Source: Desulfovibrionales bacterium (GTDB taxonomy: Bacteria; Desulfobacterota; QYQD01). Taken from it: 64,000 bases of DNA. The notes under the pieces were generated by a model, which had not been told where the DNA came from, searched no databases, and saw nothing but the letters and a program-made list of their open reading frames with translations. Location of the stretch: NCBI GenBank assembly GCA_028715605.1, contig JAQURM010000008.1:39474-103473 (forward strand), read 5' to 3'. Made by a program: the position numbers and the translations under genes. Position 1 is the first letter of the stretch, and every line of letters begins with the position of its first letter. Of this stretch, positions 17,969 through 27,613 are shown piece by piece.

Positions 17969-19384
17969 TTAGTCTAGTGAAACCCTGAGTATCTGTTCTG
18001 TCTTTTCGGTAACTTTAAACCGTTCGTCAACCCGCCATCCAGGTATCCCCACAATCTGACCGCCTTGCTCAATTATGGGTATTTTTGACCTGAGAGGCCG
18101 TGGTATTTTTTTGTTAATAAAATAGTCCTTGACCTTTTGACTGCCGCCCATGCCGTCCGGATAAAACCGGTCGCCCGGCCGAAAATTACGCACTACCATG
18201 GGAAAAAAGATCCGCCCATAATCAAAACAAGAGGCGGGGTGCGAAGTTTCATGGAGAGAAGGCCCTACCCCACCCACTACTTCAAAAGAGACAGATTGTC
18301 CGATCTCCGGCAAAAAATACCGGCCCACGCCGTTTATCTCATATAAAAAATCTTTTGGCATCTTATCGATCCTCTTCCGGCTAAATCTCAACTCCTGATA
18401 AATCCTCTCTACTGTTACTTCGCCGGGCAGAGAAATCCTCCTATAAGGGCCGTCTTTCATGGCCAGGGATTGAATAGATTCCAGATGCCTGAACCCGATG
18501 TCCTTCAATCTTGTCCCGCTTAATTCAAGGCCCTTTTGCATGACCCTCATCTGAACCGGCCCTGGGATCTCATGATAACGCCTCAAATCCAGCGCTATCA
18601 CCCGTCCCTCCGGTCCTTCTTCCAATTTAGCGAGGCCTGTCCAAGCCTCCTCAGCCATACTCGCCAGCAGGGTCTCATCCTCCCGCAGTATGGAAGCAGT
18701 CTGGAGCAAGATTCTACGGATGCGCGGATTAAAATTGGTTTCCAGCATGGGCAATAAATCGTGCCGGATACGATTTCGCAGGAAACCCCGCACCTCGTTT
18801 GAACTATCGATCCGAAAAGAAAATTTATTGGCCGTTAGATAAGATAAAATATCGGCTCGCGAGGCCTCGAGCAAAGGCCTGATAAAAATCCCTTCCCGGA
18901 TAAAGGGCATGCCGGATAGCCCCCTGGCCCCGGCCCCCCGGATCAATCGCAATAAAAATTCCTCGGCCTGGTCATCGGCCGTATGTCCGAGGGCTACCCT
19001 CCGGGCCCCTGTCTTCTCCGCTGCTTCCCGCAAAAACTTATAACGAAGTTCGCGGCAGGCCTCTTCCAGAGAAAGTCCTTCTTTCTCTTTTAAGGCAAGG
19101 GCATTGCCCTGGCCCATACGAAAAGGCAGGCCGAGTTCCTCGGCCAGGTTTCCGACAAAAATGGCATCTTCTGCAGATTCTCTCCCGCGGAGGCCATGAT
19201 CAAAATGGGCAATGGAAAGGTTGAGTGGACTGGTCTCTCTCAGTTCGCACAGGAGATGGAGCAGGGCCACCGAATCCGGGCCGCCGGAGACTGCCGCCAC
19301 CACGTTATCCCCGGCACGAAACATGCCGCATCGGGCCACCGTCTTCCGAAATATGGATATTAAGGGTACTTGTTTCTCTTTCAC
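17969..19384 (-). CDS. tilS: tRNA(Ile)-lysidine synthetase
   Basis: SGGPDSVALLHLL PP-loop motif; 471 aa. Confidence 0.85.
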   Translation of the reverse strand: MKEKQVPLISIFRKTVARCGMFRAGDNVVAAVSGGPDSVALLHLLCELRETSPLNLSIAHFDHGLRGRESAEDAIFVGNLAEELGLPFRMGQGNALALKEKEGLSLEEACRELRYKFLREAAEKTGARRVALGHTADDQAEEFLLRLIRGAGARGLSGMPFIREGIFIRPLLEASRADILSYLTANKFSFRIDSSNEVRGFLRNRIRHDLLPMLETNFNPRIRRILLQTASILREDETLLASMAEEAWTGLAKLEEGPEGRVIALDLRRYHEIPGPVQMRVMQKGLELSGTRLKDIGFRHLESIQSLAMKDGPYRRISLPGEVTVERIYQELRFSRKRIDKMPKDFLYEINGVGRYFLPEIGQSVSFEVVGGVGPSLHETSHPASCFDYGRIFFPMVVRNFRPGDRFYPDGMGGSQKVKDYFINKKIPRPLRSKIPIIEQGGQIVGIPGWRVDERFKVTEKTEQILRVSLD

Positions 19385-19477
19385 TTAGGCTAAATATAAT
19401 CTTTTTGCCCAATGCTGACAAGAAGAGGATTCTCTGCGGATGGGTCCATAAGCGAATATGACTGTTGGAAAACTAAA

Positions 19478-19506
19478 AAGCCGGCAAGACATGCCGGCTT
19501 TTTAGA
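19478..19506 (-). terminator. Rho-independent terminator (gccggca-aga-catgccggc plus a T-run), bidirectional
   Basis: aaaaagccggcaagacatgccggcttttt lies downstream of the DUF1634 gene. Confidence 0.6.
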
Positions 19507-19529
19507 ACCATTGTTTCAACGTTGTGCCA

Positions 19530-19958
19530 TTAATGTCCGCCAGTCGCAATTAAACCTGATGCGGCGGCAGACAGGACAATGACCTCAAGTAGGGCCAGCA
19601 CGGCATAAACAATGTCCTTTTTCCGCAACAAGGTGGGGATGATAGCGGCATAACAGATGATCGTTACACCGGCCAGCAGGACTATGCCGATGAAGTTTAA
19701 AAAATCACCCTTACCCAGTTGGGAGGCCCACCACCAGCCAGGGGTAATATTGGCCGCCTGAAGGTAATCATGGACATTCATAGACCAATATCGACTTAAG
19801 TCTTCTACCGGTATACATGGTTCAAGGATACCCAAGACGTACACAACGAAGGTTATAACCAGGATTCCCAGCCCTGCGAGCATGCCCTTTTCAAGGACAC
19901 TGGCATATAGAACTTGTTCCTCGGCTGCTCCCGGTTTCTTTATCGCATTGGTTGCCAT
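19530..19958 (-). CDS. DUF1634 membrane protein (partner of a TauE/SafE transporter)
   Basis: 142 aa hydrophobic protein directly downstream of a TauE/SafE gene, a common pairing. Confidence 0.6.
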   Translation of the reverse strand: MATNAIKKPGAAEEQVLYASVLEKGMLAGLGILVITFVVYVLGILEPCIPVEDLSRYWSMNVHDYLQAANITPGWWWASQLGKGDFLNFIGIVLLAGVTIICYAAIIPTLLRKKDIVYAVLALLEVIVLSAAASGLIATGGH

Positions 19959-19983
19959 TAGACGTCGCCTCCTTAATATCTCA

Positions 19984-20934
19984 TTAAAAAAGTGTTATCC
20001 CTAATCCCTTGGTCAGGGCCTTGAGTCCGGCAAAGGCCAGAATGCCGATAACCATCCAGCGGATAAAGGTGGGCTTTGCCTTGGCCAGGATCTTAACCCC
20101 GATCAAAGATCCCAGCATGATGCCGATCAAACTCGGAACTACCATCATCGGTATGACACAGCCTTTATTCAAATAAATCCACGCGGCCGAGGTGTCGGTG
20201 ATGGATAAGAGGAATTTGCTCGTAGCCACGCTGATCTTAAGCGGAGCGCCCATCATGAGGTTGAGCACCGGCACATTCGCCCAGCCGGCACCCAGACCAA
20301 ACATACCGGCCATGACGCCAATGATGATAAAGGTTGCCAGTCCCAGAGGCGTCCGGTGTACACGCCACTCGATATCCTTACCGGTGCTTTCCTCGCGATA
20401 TATGCCTGTGATGTGTAAAGCGGTGGACAGGGCATCGGGTTTCTTGACCTCGGGAAATTCAGATTTCTTGGCGGTGAGCATGATAACACAAATACCAAGA
20501 ATCGTTGCCCCCAATGCGGTCTGGACGACATTCGTGGGAAGGGCCAGACCCAGCATGGCTCCCACTATGGCACAGGCCGAGGCGATTACCGCCACCGGTA
20601 TAGCCAGACGCAGACTGGCCATGTTCCTCTTGAGGAGACCGGGCCCGGCAGCCAGGGCCCCGGAAAGGGCCACCAGTAAACCACACCCGCGCACGAAATC
20701 AAGGTGAAAGGGGAAAAATCCGCTGATGATCGGGACGAACAATACCCCGCCGCCCACACCGCCCAAAACAGCGACAATCCCCATGACAAAGGTGACCACA
20801 AAAAGTATAATCGGCCACTGCCACCATGGCCCGCCGGCATCCGCCGCCGCGGCCGGATCAACCGCAGCCAGCGCCGGGCTTATCCAAAGAAAGACGAGTA
20901 AAAAAATGGCAATTGGAAACAAGTATCGTTTCAT
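19984..20934 (-). CDS. TauE/SafE family sulfite/anion exporter-like membrane protein
   Basis: Multi-transmembrane protein with duplicated GxGGG(V/F) motifs. Start placed at MKRYLFPIAIFLL (signal-like) with a GGAGA ribosome-binding site; the ORF track extends to 21021. Confidence 0.7.
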   Translation of the reverse strand: MKRYLFPIAIFLLVFLWISPALAAVDPAAAADAGGPWWQWPIILFVVTFVMGIVAVLGGVGGGVLFVPIISGFFPFHLDFVRGCGLLVALSGALAAGPGLLKRNMASLRLAIPVAVIASACAIVGAMLGLALPTNVVQTALGATILGICVIMLTAKKSEFPEVKKPDALSTALHITGIYREESTGKDIEWRVHRTPLGLATFIIIGVMAGMFGLGAGWANVPVLNLMMGAPLKISVATSKFLLSITDTSAAWIYLNKGCVIPMMVVPSLIGIMLGSLIGVKILAKAKPTFIRWMVIGILAFAGLKALTKGLGITLF

Positions 20935-21115
20935 TTTGCATCTCCAGTGTTGTAAAATTACAATGCGTCGTTTTATAAATGAATTGTTCTTCAATGTCAA
21001 GTATGATTTGACATCTGTCACTTTTTTGTTGACTTTTTAAACGCAATATTGAAAAGTCTTTTTATATCTGCCGGAACAGATCAGGGCTTTTCCGGCGTAT
21101 ATTATCCGGCGTAAT

Positions 21116-21178
21116 TATAGTGAATGTCGTTAGTTAATAGTCATTTGTCACTGATAAAAGAGAGCAATCTTCCACAGT
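21116..21178. promoter_or_regulatory. Conserved roughly 60 bp intergenic motif, copy 1 (attatagtgaatgtc-N-tagt-N-tagtc-N-tttgtcactg)
   Basis: About 85% identical to 49218-49279. Lies in the divergent tauE/usp promoter region. Confidence 0.5.
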
Positions 21179-21266
21179 TAACCAATGATCGGTGACTAAT
21201 GACTGACGTTGTCTATAAGCATAGACTGAGATAGACTATTATGGTTAGAGGGGGGGTATTTCGGCT

Positions 21267-22142
21267 ATGAAAAGCAAGGAGACTATCGCCACCACCTGTA
21301 AGCTATGCCCTTTGAGCAGACACGAAAAAATACTCGTGGCCACAGATGGGTCAAGGTATAGTGAGAAGGCCTTGGATGGGGCAGTGAATATAGCTGGAAA
21401 GTGTGGAAGCAGCCTTTATGTCTTAAACGTCGTGGAACTCAACCCCGAGTTTATGTCTCTGGCCCCTGAAGCCGTAGAAAAGATGGAAAGGGATTCCAGG
21501 ACGTTACTGGAGGAAACAAAAGAACGTGTTTCCCAAAAGGGCATAACGTGTGAGACCGTTATTCATGAGGGTGAGCAGCCTTATGAGTTCATTGTTAGTG
21601 AAGCAAAGAGAAAAAAAGCCGACCTTATAGTCATAGGGACACATGGAAGAACCGGACTTAAAAAACTACTTATGGGTAGTGTAGCCGCTCGCGTCATTGG
21701 CCATGCACCGTGTCCGGTAATGGTCATTCCTCTTCGAGGATCGGTTGGTCTGAAAAATATACTCGTGGCCACGGATGGTTCAATATATGCTGAAGCGGCC
21801 GTGAAGGAGGCCATAAGTATTGCCGCAGCCTGCGACAGCAAACTTAGTGCAGTGTGTGTAGTTAAAGGCCAGAGACCTACAAAATACACGAGTGAAGCAG
21901 AAAAAATCGTTGAAAGGGTCGTAAAGGGCGCCGCCAAATCCAATATCCAAGCCGAAGGAATAGTCCGTGAAGGCGAGCCCTATGAGGTTATAGCGGATCT
22001 GGCCAGGGAGAAACAGGTTGATATTATTATAATGGGCAGATACGGCCGGACCGGACTGACCAAACTATTAATGGGAAGCGTCACCAAAAGAGTAATCGGC
22101 CATGCATCCTGTGCAGTGCTGGTAATTCCGGGAAGTGTATAA
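21267..22142 (+). CDS. Universal stress protein, tandem UspA domains
   Basis: Two UspA repeats (ILVATDGS...GTHGRTGL...GSV; second repeat ILVATDGS...GRYGRTGL...GSV). Confidence 0.85.
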   Translation: MKSKETIATTCKLCPLSRHEKILVATDGSRYSEKALDGAVNIAGKCGSSLYVLNVVELNPEFMSLAPEAVEKMERDSRTLLEETKERVSQKGITCETVIHEGEQPYEFIVSEAKRKKADLIVIGTHGRTGLKKLLMGSVAARVIGHAPCPVMVIPLRGSVGLKNILVATDGSIYAEAAVKEAISIAAACDSKLSAVCVVKGQRPTKYTSEAEKIVERVVKGAAKSNIQAEGIVREGEPYEVIADLAREKQVDIIIMGRYGRTGLTKLLMGSVTKRVIGHASCAVLVIPGSV

Positions 22143-22214
22143 CCGTCCTATAGCTAACCATGATATGTTAACATCATAAATTTAAGGAGTTTTAGAGTAC
22201 AGGAGGTATAATTC

Positions 22215-23069
22215 ATGTGGGAAAAGATTCTTTTGGCCAGTAACGGAGTGGAACAGGACCGCCTGGCAATCGAAGAGGCAGTAGCGATAGCTAAACGCTT
22301 CGGGAGTTCGCTCGATATAGCAGCGGTGGTGGATGTGAACGAAGAGTTTGAAACTACGGCCCCAGGACTGACTGACAAACTCAGGGCCAAAATGAAAAAA
22401 ACCATAGACGAGCTGGTCGCTCGGGCTGCCAGGGACGGTGTAAAGGCTACCGAGTCTGTGTCTGTTGGGGAAGCACATGTGCGTTTCAGTGAAAAAGTCA
22501 AGGAACTCGGGACAGATCTGGTCGTGATGGGGACGCGTGGCCGGGCCGGTCTGAAAAAGATTTTCATGGGAAGTTTAACTGCAAACGTAATCGGCCATGT
22601 GGGATGCAGTGTCCTGGTGGCCAAGGGAGAGCCCAAACGTGGTGAATACAAATCACTTCTCGTCCCCACAGACGGATCAGAGTCCAGCAACCATGCCATT
22701 CACGCGGCCTGTCGCCTCGCCAAAAAACTGGGTTCCAAGGTTACCATCCTGAATGTCGTTCCGGTGTACGGTGATCAGGTTGACCTGGCCACCAAGACCG
22801 GCCTCAGCGAGGTATTTTCCGTGGAATCTAAGGCAATTATGACGAAAGCAGAACAGATCGCTAAAGAGTACGGGCTATCCGTAACCGGCATAGTGATCGA
22901 CGAAGGGTACCCCGCTGATGAAATTGCGCGTGTAGCAAAAGAGGGGAAGAGCGATCTGATTGTTATCGGGAGTCACGGAAGTGCTGGCATTACCCATGCG
23001 GTCATGGGGAGCACTGCCCAACAGGTTATCGAACAAGCGCCTTGTCCCATCCTGGTAGTAAAGCAATAA
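22215..23069 (+). CDS. Universal stress protein, tandem UspA domains
   Basis: Two UspA repeats (GTRGRAGLKKIFMGS; GSHGSAGITHAVMGS). Confidence 0.85.
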   Translation: MWEKILLASNGVEQDRLAIEEAVAIAKRFGSSLDIAAVVDVNEEFETTAPGLTDKLRAKMKKTIDELVARAARDGVKATESVSVGEAHVRFSEKVKELGTDLVVMGTRGRAGLKKIFMGSLTANVIGHVGCSVLVAKGEPKRGEYKSLLVPTDGSESSNHAIHAACRLAKKLGSKVTILNVVPVYGDQVDLATKTGLSEVFSVESKAIMTKAEQIAKEYGLSVTGIVIDEGYPADEIARVAKEGKSDLIVIGSHGSAGITHAVMGSTAQQVIEQAPCPILVVKQ

Positions 23070-23146
23070 TTCTACTCAGGGGCAATTAGGGAGTTGGGAG
23101 CGACAGTCGGGAAGCATCTTTCATTATGGCGTCTCCCAACTCCTTG

Positions 23147-25834
23147 TCAGGAACTTAATTCTTCAAACTCTGGTCCCTTATGTTCGTTAACTTTCAGCCC
23201 TAGAATAGGGGCCGTATTCTCTTCCTTTCGTTCTATCTTCACGAACGAATATATGTCATCGAGCATTTTTTTCAGATAATAGTTGACAAGGGCCTCATTG
23301 GACATAATCATATCCATCTGCCGGGTATGCAAGACGAGGTAGCCCAGAACTTTCAAACGCTCTTTGAGGAATTCCTGATCGCACCCTTCCAGGCGGGCAG
23401 AGACTACGTCCTCTTTTGCCTCAACCCGGAAGTCAAATCTACTGAGTATCTCACCGATAAAGGCAACGCGGCGGTGGCGACGTGTCACGTCGGCCGCTCC
23501 CCCCTTGAACATAAAACTCGCGTAATTTTCTCCCGGTATATCTCCAACAAAGGCCTCCACCGTGGAAAAGTGAAACCCGAGCTTTGAGCTGAGATTACAG
23601 AAATGCCGGGAGATCATGAAGTAATTCCGTTCGGCAAAGTTTGCCCCCGTATCTGGACCTATCTCCGGGCGCATGGTGGCTTCGAACATAACGGATACCA
23701 TGCCCTTGGTGTCCACGGCCGGTCCCTTCCAGGGTATGGCGGTAATCCCCTCCCACAGGGCGAGCATAGGGATTGAAGCGATGTTATCAATTGAAACTCT
23801 CTTTCCCTCGACTGGGACGTTGAAGCCATCCTCGAGATCGACCACCCACCATTGCATCGGCACGCCGCAGACCAATCTCTTACTTGCTCTCCGCGAAAGA
23901 TGATATTGATCGCCGGATTCAAACATTTCCCGGACCGATACCTCGTGAATGAAACGAGTAATGTCGTGCACCGTTCGGCATTTTGACGGGGTAAAATCTA
24001 CCGAATCGGGATCGGTCAGGTTGAGGGGCGTGATATTGGTGAGAACCTGTTCGAGGGTCTTGTATATCGGACTTCCCTTCATGAGACTCAGCCTTTCGGG
24101 TCGCACGCCCAAGAGCGATTCGATCCGCCCGGAATAAATCCTGCCGTTATCCGCATCCACAGTAATCAGATCGCCATTTTTTATCTTAGTGGCGGCCGCA
24201 GGCACTCCAACCAACGCCGGGACGCCAAATTCCCGGGAAACGGTGGCCAGATGTCCGGCGACGCCGCCCTGTTCAGCCACTACTGCCGCGGCCTTGTGCA
24301 GTATTGCGGCCCAACGCGGATAAGCAAATTTGGTAACCATAACCGCACCATCAGGAAAGTGCGCCATGTCATCCTCATGTTGTAGCAAAAACGCCGGACC
24401 TGCAGCCACCCCTGGACTAGCCGTGATATCACCGTACAGTAGTGGCTCAGGTCCTTTCTCCTCACTCGGTATAACGGGCTTCCTTCGTTCCATGGACGAC
24501 TTCAGGCGGATTAAAGGACGACATTGGAGTATCACTACAGAACCGTCGCCTGTGATGGACCATTCCACATCCTGTGCTCCGCCGAAATGGGCCTCCAGGC
24601 GCGAACAGATCTCAGCCAGAAAAAGTGCCTGCTCATCCGTAACAGAGGGAACCTCACGTTCTTTTTCCGGGACTTCGACCGCACCAAGTCCGCCTCCGGC
24701 AGCCGGAACTAATTTTATCCCCTTTGGGCGAATAGTTTTAGCCAGTATTTTTACAGGCTTGGTATGCGACAGCACGAAAAGATCGGGGGAGGTCGTACCG
24801 TCAACCACTGCCTTGGCCAGTCCCCAGGTGGCATTGATGATTATCTGGTCTTTGCGGAAGTCCTCTGGATCTCTTGAATACGCCACCCCGCTGGCTACCG
24901 GATCGACCATGGCCACAACGCCCACACACATGGCAATATCCTCATCACGGAAACCCATATTCAGTCGGTAGGCAATAGCTGAGAGGGAATATTTACTGGC
25001 AACCACTTCCTTATAGGCGTTGACAAGGTTTGTACCGTCAACATTTAGGATCGACCGGTACTGGCCGGCAAAGGTAGCCTTCTGTTGGTCTTCACCGAGG
25101 GCGCTGCTTCTGGCAGCAACTTTGACCCCTGGTGTTGTTTTTCCCTCAAGCTGCCGGTAGGCAGCCTTGATGGCCTCTTCAAGTTCAGGAGGAAGCGGGG
25201 CCTGAAGAATGGCGGCGCGAATCCTGGAGGCTTCCTTCTCCAGTTTCTCGATATCCGAGAGATCTACGGAACTGATCCAACGGTTAATTTCATCTTGTAG
25301 CTTATTGTAGATTATAAATCTCTCATAGGCGGCGACCGTAACAGTGAACCCTTCCGGTACCCGTACACCGGACACTTTGGCAATGGAGCCGAGGTTTGCC
25401 ATCTTGCTTCCCACCTGCCCGGCCATGGTTTCATCAACGTGGTCAAGGGGAATAACGAATGCTCCTCCAGCCAGGACCTTTCGTTCGGCCAGCGCGGTGT
25501 CGATCTTACCGAACACGTCCTTTGCAGCCTCAAAAAGCCGCCAGTATTTGCCTCCCCCCAGTTCATTGATACCCTTTATCATCTTATATAGGTTCACAGA
25601 GATAGCAGTACAGTTTGCCCTGACAAAGTCCATGCCGAAACTGCGCTTACCGTGCAGCATCTTTTCCATGTCGGCCATTATTTCAAGGACTTTATTATTA
25701 GAACCCAGCAGGGTCGTAAAGTGCCAATAACGAAGCTTAAAGGCGGCATATAAGTCCGCTTCCTCCGCTGCGCTCAGACGTTGTTGGGGTTCTTCTTTTG
25801 AAAAAAGCCTTTTTATTGATTCCCAGAAAGCCAA
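23147..25834 (-). CDS. PEP-utilising enzyme family protein (PPDK_N ATP-grasp + mobile phospho-His domain) with a non-canonical C-terminal domain
   Basis: AGQVGSKMANLGSI (PPDK_N) and GGVAGHLATVSREFGVPALVGV (swivel His domain). The C-terminal roughly 330 aa lacks the GSNDLTQ TIM-barrel motifs of PpsA/PPDK. Confidence 0.7.
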   Translation of the reverse strand: MAFWESIKRLFSKEEPQQRLSAAEEADLYAAFKLRYWHFTTLLGSNNKVLEIMADMEKMLHGKRSFGMDFVRANCTAISVNLYKMIKGINELGGGKYWRLFEAAKDVFGKIDTALAERKVLAGGAFVIPLDHVDETMAGQVGSKMANLGSIAKVSGVRVPEGFTVTVAAYERFIIYNKLQDEINRWISSVDLSDIEKLEKEASRIRAAILQAPLPPELEEAIKAAYRQLEGKTTPGVKVAARSSALGEDQQKATFAGQYRSILNVDGTNLVNAYKEVVASKYSLSAIAYRLNMGFRDEDIAMCVGVVAMVDPVASGVAYSRDPEDFRKDQIIINATWGLAKAVVDGTTSPDLFVLSHTKPVKILAKTIRPKGIKLVPAAGGGLGAVEVPEKEREVPSVTDEQALFLAEICSRLEAHFGGAQDVEWSITGDGSVVILQCRPLIRLKSSMERRKPVIPSEEKGPEPLLYGDITASPGVAAGPAFLLQHEDDMAHFPDGAVMVTKFAYPRWAAILHKAAAVVAEQGGVAGHLATVSREFGVPALVGVPAAATKIKNGDLITVDADNGRIYSGRIESLLGVRPERLSLMKGSPIYKTLEQVLTNITPLNLTDPDSVDFTPSKCRTVHDITRFIHEVSVREMFESGDQYHLSRRASKRLVCGVPMQWWVVDLEDGFNVPVEGKRVSIDNIASIPMLALWEGITAIPWKGPAVDTKGMVSVMFEATMRPEIGPDTGANFAERNYFMISRHFCNLSSKLGFHFSTVEAFVGDIPGENYASFMFKGGAADVTRRHRRVAFIGEILSRFDFRVEAKEDVVSARLEGCDQEFLKERLKVLGYLVLHTRQMDMIMSNEALVNYYLKKMLDDIYSFVKIERKEENTAPILGLKVNEHKGPEFEELSS

Positions 25835-25867
25835 AGCGATTACCTCATATCTCTAAAAATTAAAGCT

Positions 25868-25984
25868 CCCCCCAGCCCGCCTTGCGGCGGACGGGGAATC
25901 TCCATATGCAAGGTAAAATACATCGTATTCGCTCGCTAACCCCGCTGCAAACAGCGGGGAACGCGCTCGCGCTATGCATGTTCA
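25868..25984 (-). repeat. Twin-hairpin intergenic repeat element, copy 2 (inverted relative to copy 1)
   Basis: The reverse complement aligns with 2419-2524 and contains ccccgctgcaaacagcgggg and gcccgccttgcggcgg hairpins. Confidence 0.8.
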
Positions 25985-26167
25985 CAGGCCCTTTGTTTTA
26001 TAATGAATTATACAGCACAAAACGTCAACCGGAAAGGGGCTGTAAGTTAAAAGACCAGCCCCGGTGTACGCATCAACGGTATCTTGCGCGGATATGGACC
26101 TCACACAAAAAAGGGCCTCTAGTGATAGAGACCCTTTTTCATGTGGATATCCCACTGGATGCCTTGC

Positions 26168-26602
26168 CTATTTTTCCATCCTTACCACCAGCACCGAGCA
26201 GGGGGCATGGTTTACCACTCGTGAGGCCACACCTCCCAGGATGATCCGAGCCGTGGCCCCTAACCCACGGCTGCCTATGGCAATAATGTCAAACCTACCT
26301 TTCTTGGCGGTGGTAATGATGGCATCAGACACCGAATTTGATGAAACCACTGAAGTCTTCGGGCTTATACCAGCCGCTGAGAGAACCTTCTGAGCCTCTT
26401 CTAACGCCCTTTCTGCATAGGCAGTAACTTTTTTCTCAAGGGACTCCCGTTCACGGGCCGTATATTCAATATCTATATCGGCAATAGAAGGCGTTACGGT
26501 CATAAGGGCTACCTGAGCGCCTGTGGCCCTGGCCATATCGGAGACCATCTTGACCGCCTCCATGGCATATTTGGAACCGTCGATCGGCACTAATATCTTC
26601 AT
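26168..26602 (-). CDS. Universal stress protein (single UspA domain); left paralogue of 58560-58994
   Basis: MKILVPIDGSKYAMEAV...GSRGLGATARIILGGVASRVVNHAPCSVLVV. Confidence 0.85.
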   Translation of the reverse strand: MKILVPIDGSKYAMEAVKMVSDMARATGAQVALMTVTPSIADIDIEYTARERESLEKKVTAYAERALEEAQKVLSAAGISPKTSVVSSNSVSDAIITTAKKGRFDIIAIGSRGLGATARIILGGVASRVVNHAPCSVLVVRMEK

Positions 26603-26643
26603 GTTTACCTCCTGTCTTAGATTGTAGTACTGTCAAGAATCTT

Positions 26644-26859
26644 GCCACAGAGAACACAGAGATATCATCAGGGTAAGACAGCATCTGGTTCCTCCCTGGC
26701 TTCTCCAATGTTCTTGTTTGTCCCTATAACATGGCTTAATCACAGCCCTGGAGAGTGTACAGGTTCCGGAAGTGCCATAAAACTATTTCTTTTTTCATTG
26801 CTCTGTCTTTTTCTTTTGATTCCTTTACCTTGCTCTGTGCACTCTGTGTTCTCTGTGGC
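26644..26859. mobile_element. MITE-like element (about 216 bp) with perfect 18 bp terminal inverted repeats gccacagagaacacagag / ctctgtgttctctgtggc
   Basis: The TIRs at 26644-26661 and 26842-26859 are exact reverse complements. The element sits in a roughly 272 bp insertion that is absent from the paralogous spacer at 58537-58559. Confidence 0.7.
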
Positions 26860-26896
26860 TTATTTTTCATGAACCTTTTGACATTACCAGGTTTTT

Positions 26897-27610
26897 TTAT
26901 TCCTTCTTGGCCTTGGATTTGGTCATGGTCAGTCCTATTCCGTTGAATAACTCGTAGATCGAATAACCAAACCACAACGTGTAGATGACGTAGCCACCCA
27001 GCAACGCCACCAGAAGCGCCACGTGGTCTTTGACCTTCTCCTGCGTTATACCGTAAAAATTGTAGCCGGGCTCAATAACCTTGCCTATTACCTCATCCAG
27101 GAAAAGAGACTCCTCAAAACGTTCCTGCTTATCCAGATCCTTCTTGACCCCCTTTAAGGCCGAATGCCAGATATACATGACCTCCTTCTCATCGTAACCG
27201 TATTTGGCGGCCACCTCCGCCCCCCGGTCATTAAACATAAGATCAGCATCGTTCTCCGCGACCAGCAGCGTCTTGCCAAAGTCTCCGCCGCTTAGAGTGA
27301 CCTTGTCTCCTGCTACCACGGCATTCGAGCCGTTTTTACTGAAAAGTATGGCGGCTTTTTCTGCCTCGGATCCATCTTTCATCTTGATGGTCATATCCAG
27401 GGGGGTACCCGCAAACTTGTGCGTCTTTTCCACGTACTTCGGGATAAAGTAGGTCGATCCCTTGGCCAGGGAGTTGAACATGTCATCCGCATAGATAATG
27501 GTCGTTTTCCCCTTAAAAAGCGGCACAAACATGATAACGTAAAATACTATGGCAAAAGAGACTAACAGAAGCAGACCCAGGTTGAATGCCTTGCTGTTTT
27601 TTACCAACAT
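26897..27610 (-). CDS. Membrane-anchored hypothetical protein (237 aa; N- and C-terminal transmembrane helices); left paralogue of 57823-58536
   Basis: ORF with predicted N- and C-terminal transmembrane segments; about 85% aa identity to the right-hand copy. Confidence 0.6.
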   Translation of the reverse strand: MLVKNSKAFNLGLLLLVSFAIVFYVIMFVPLFKGKTTIIYADDMFNSLAKGSTYFIPKYVEKTHKFAGTPLDMTIKMKDGSEAEKAAILFSKNGSNAVVAGDKVTLSGGDFGKTLLVAENDADLMFNDRGAEVAAKYGYDEKEVMYIWHSALKGVKKDLDKQERFEESLFLDEVIGKVIEPGYNFYGITQEKVKDHVALLVALLGGYVIYTLWFGYSIYELFNGIGLTMTKSKAKKE

Positions 27611-27613
27611 GGT

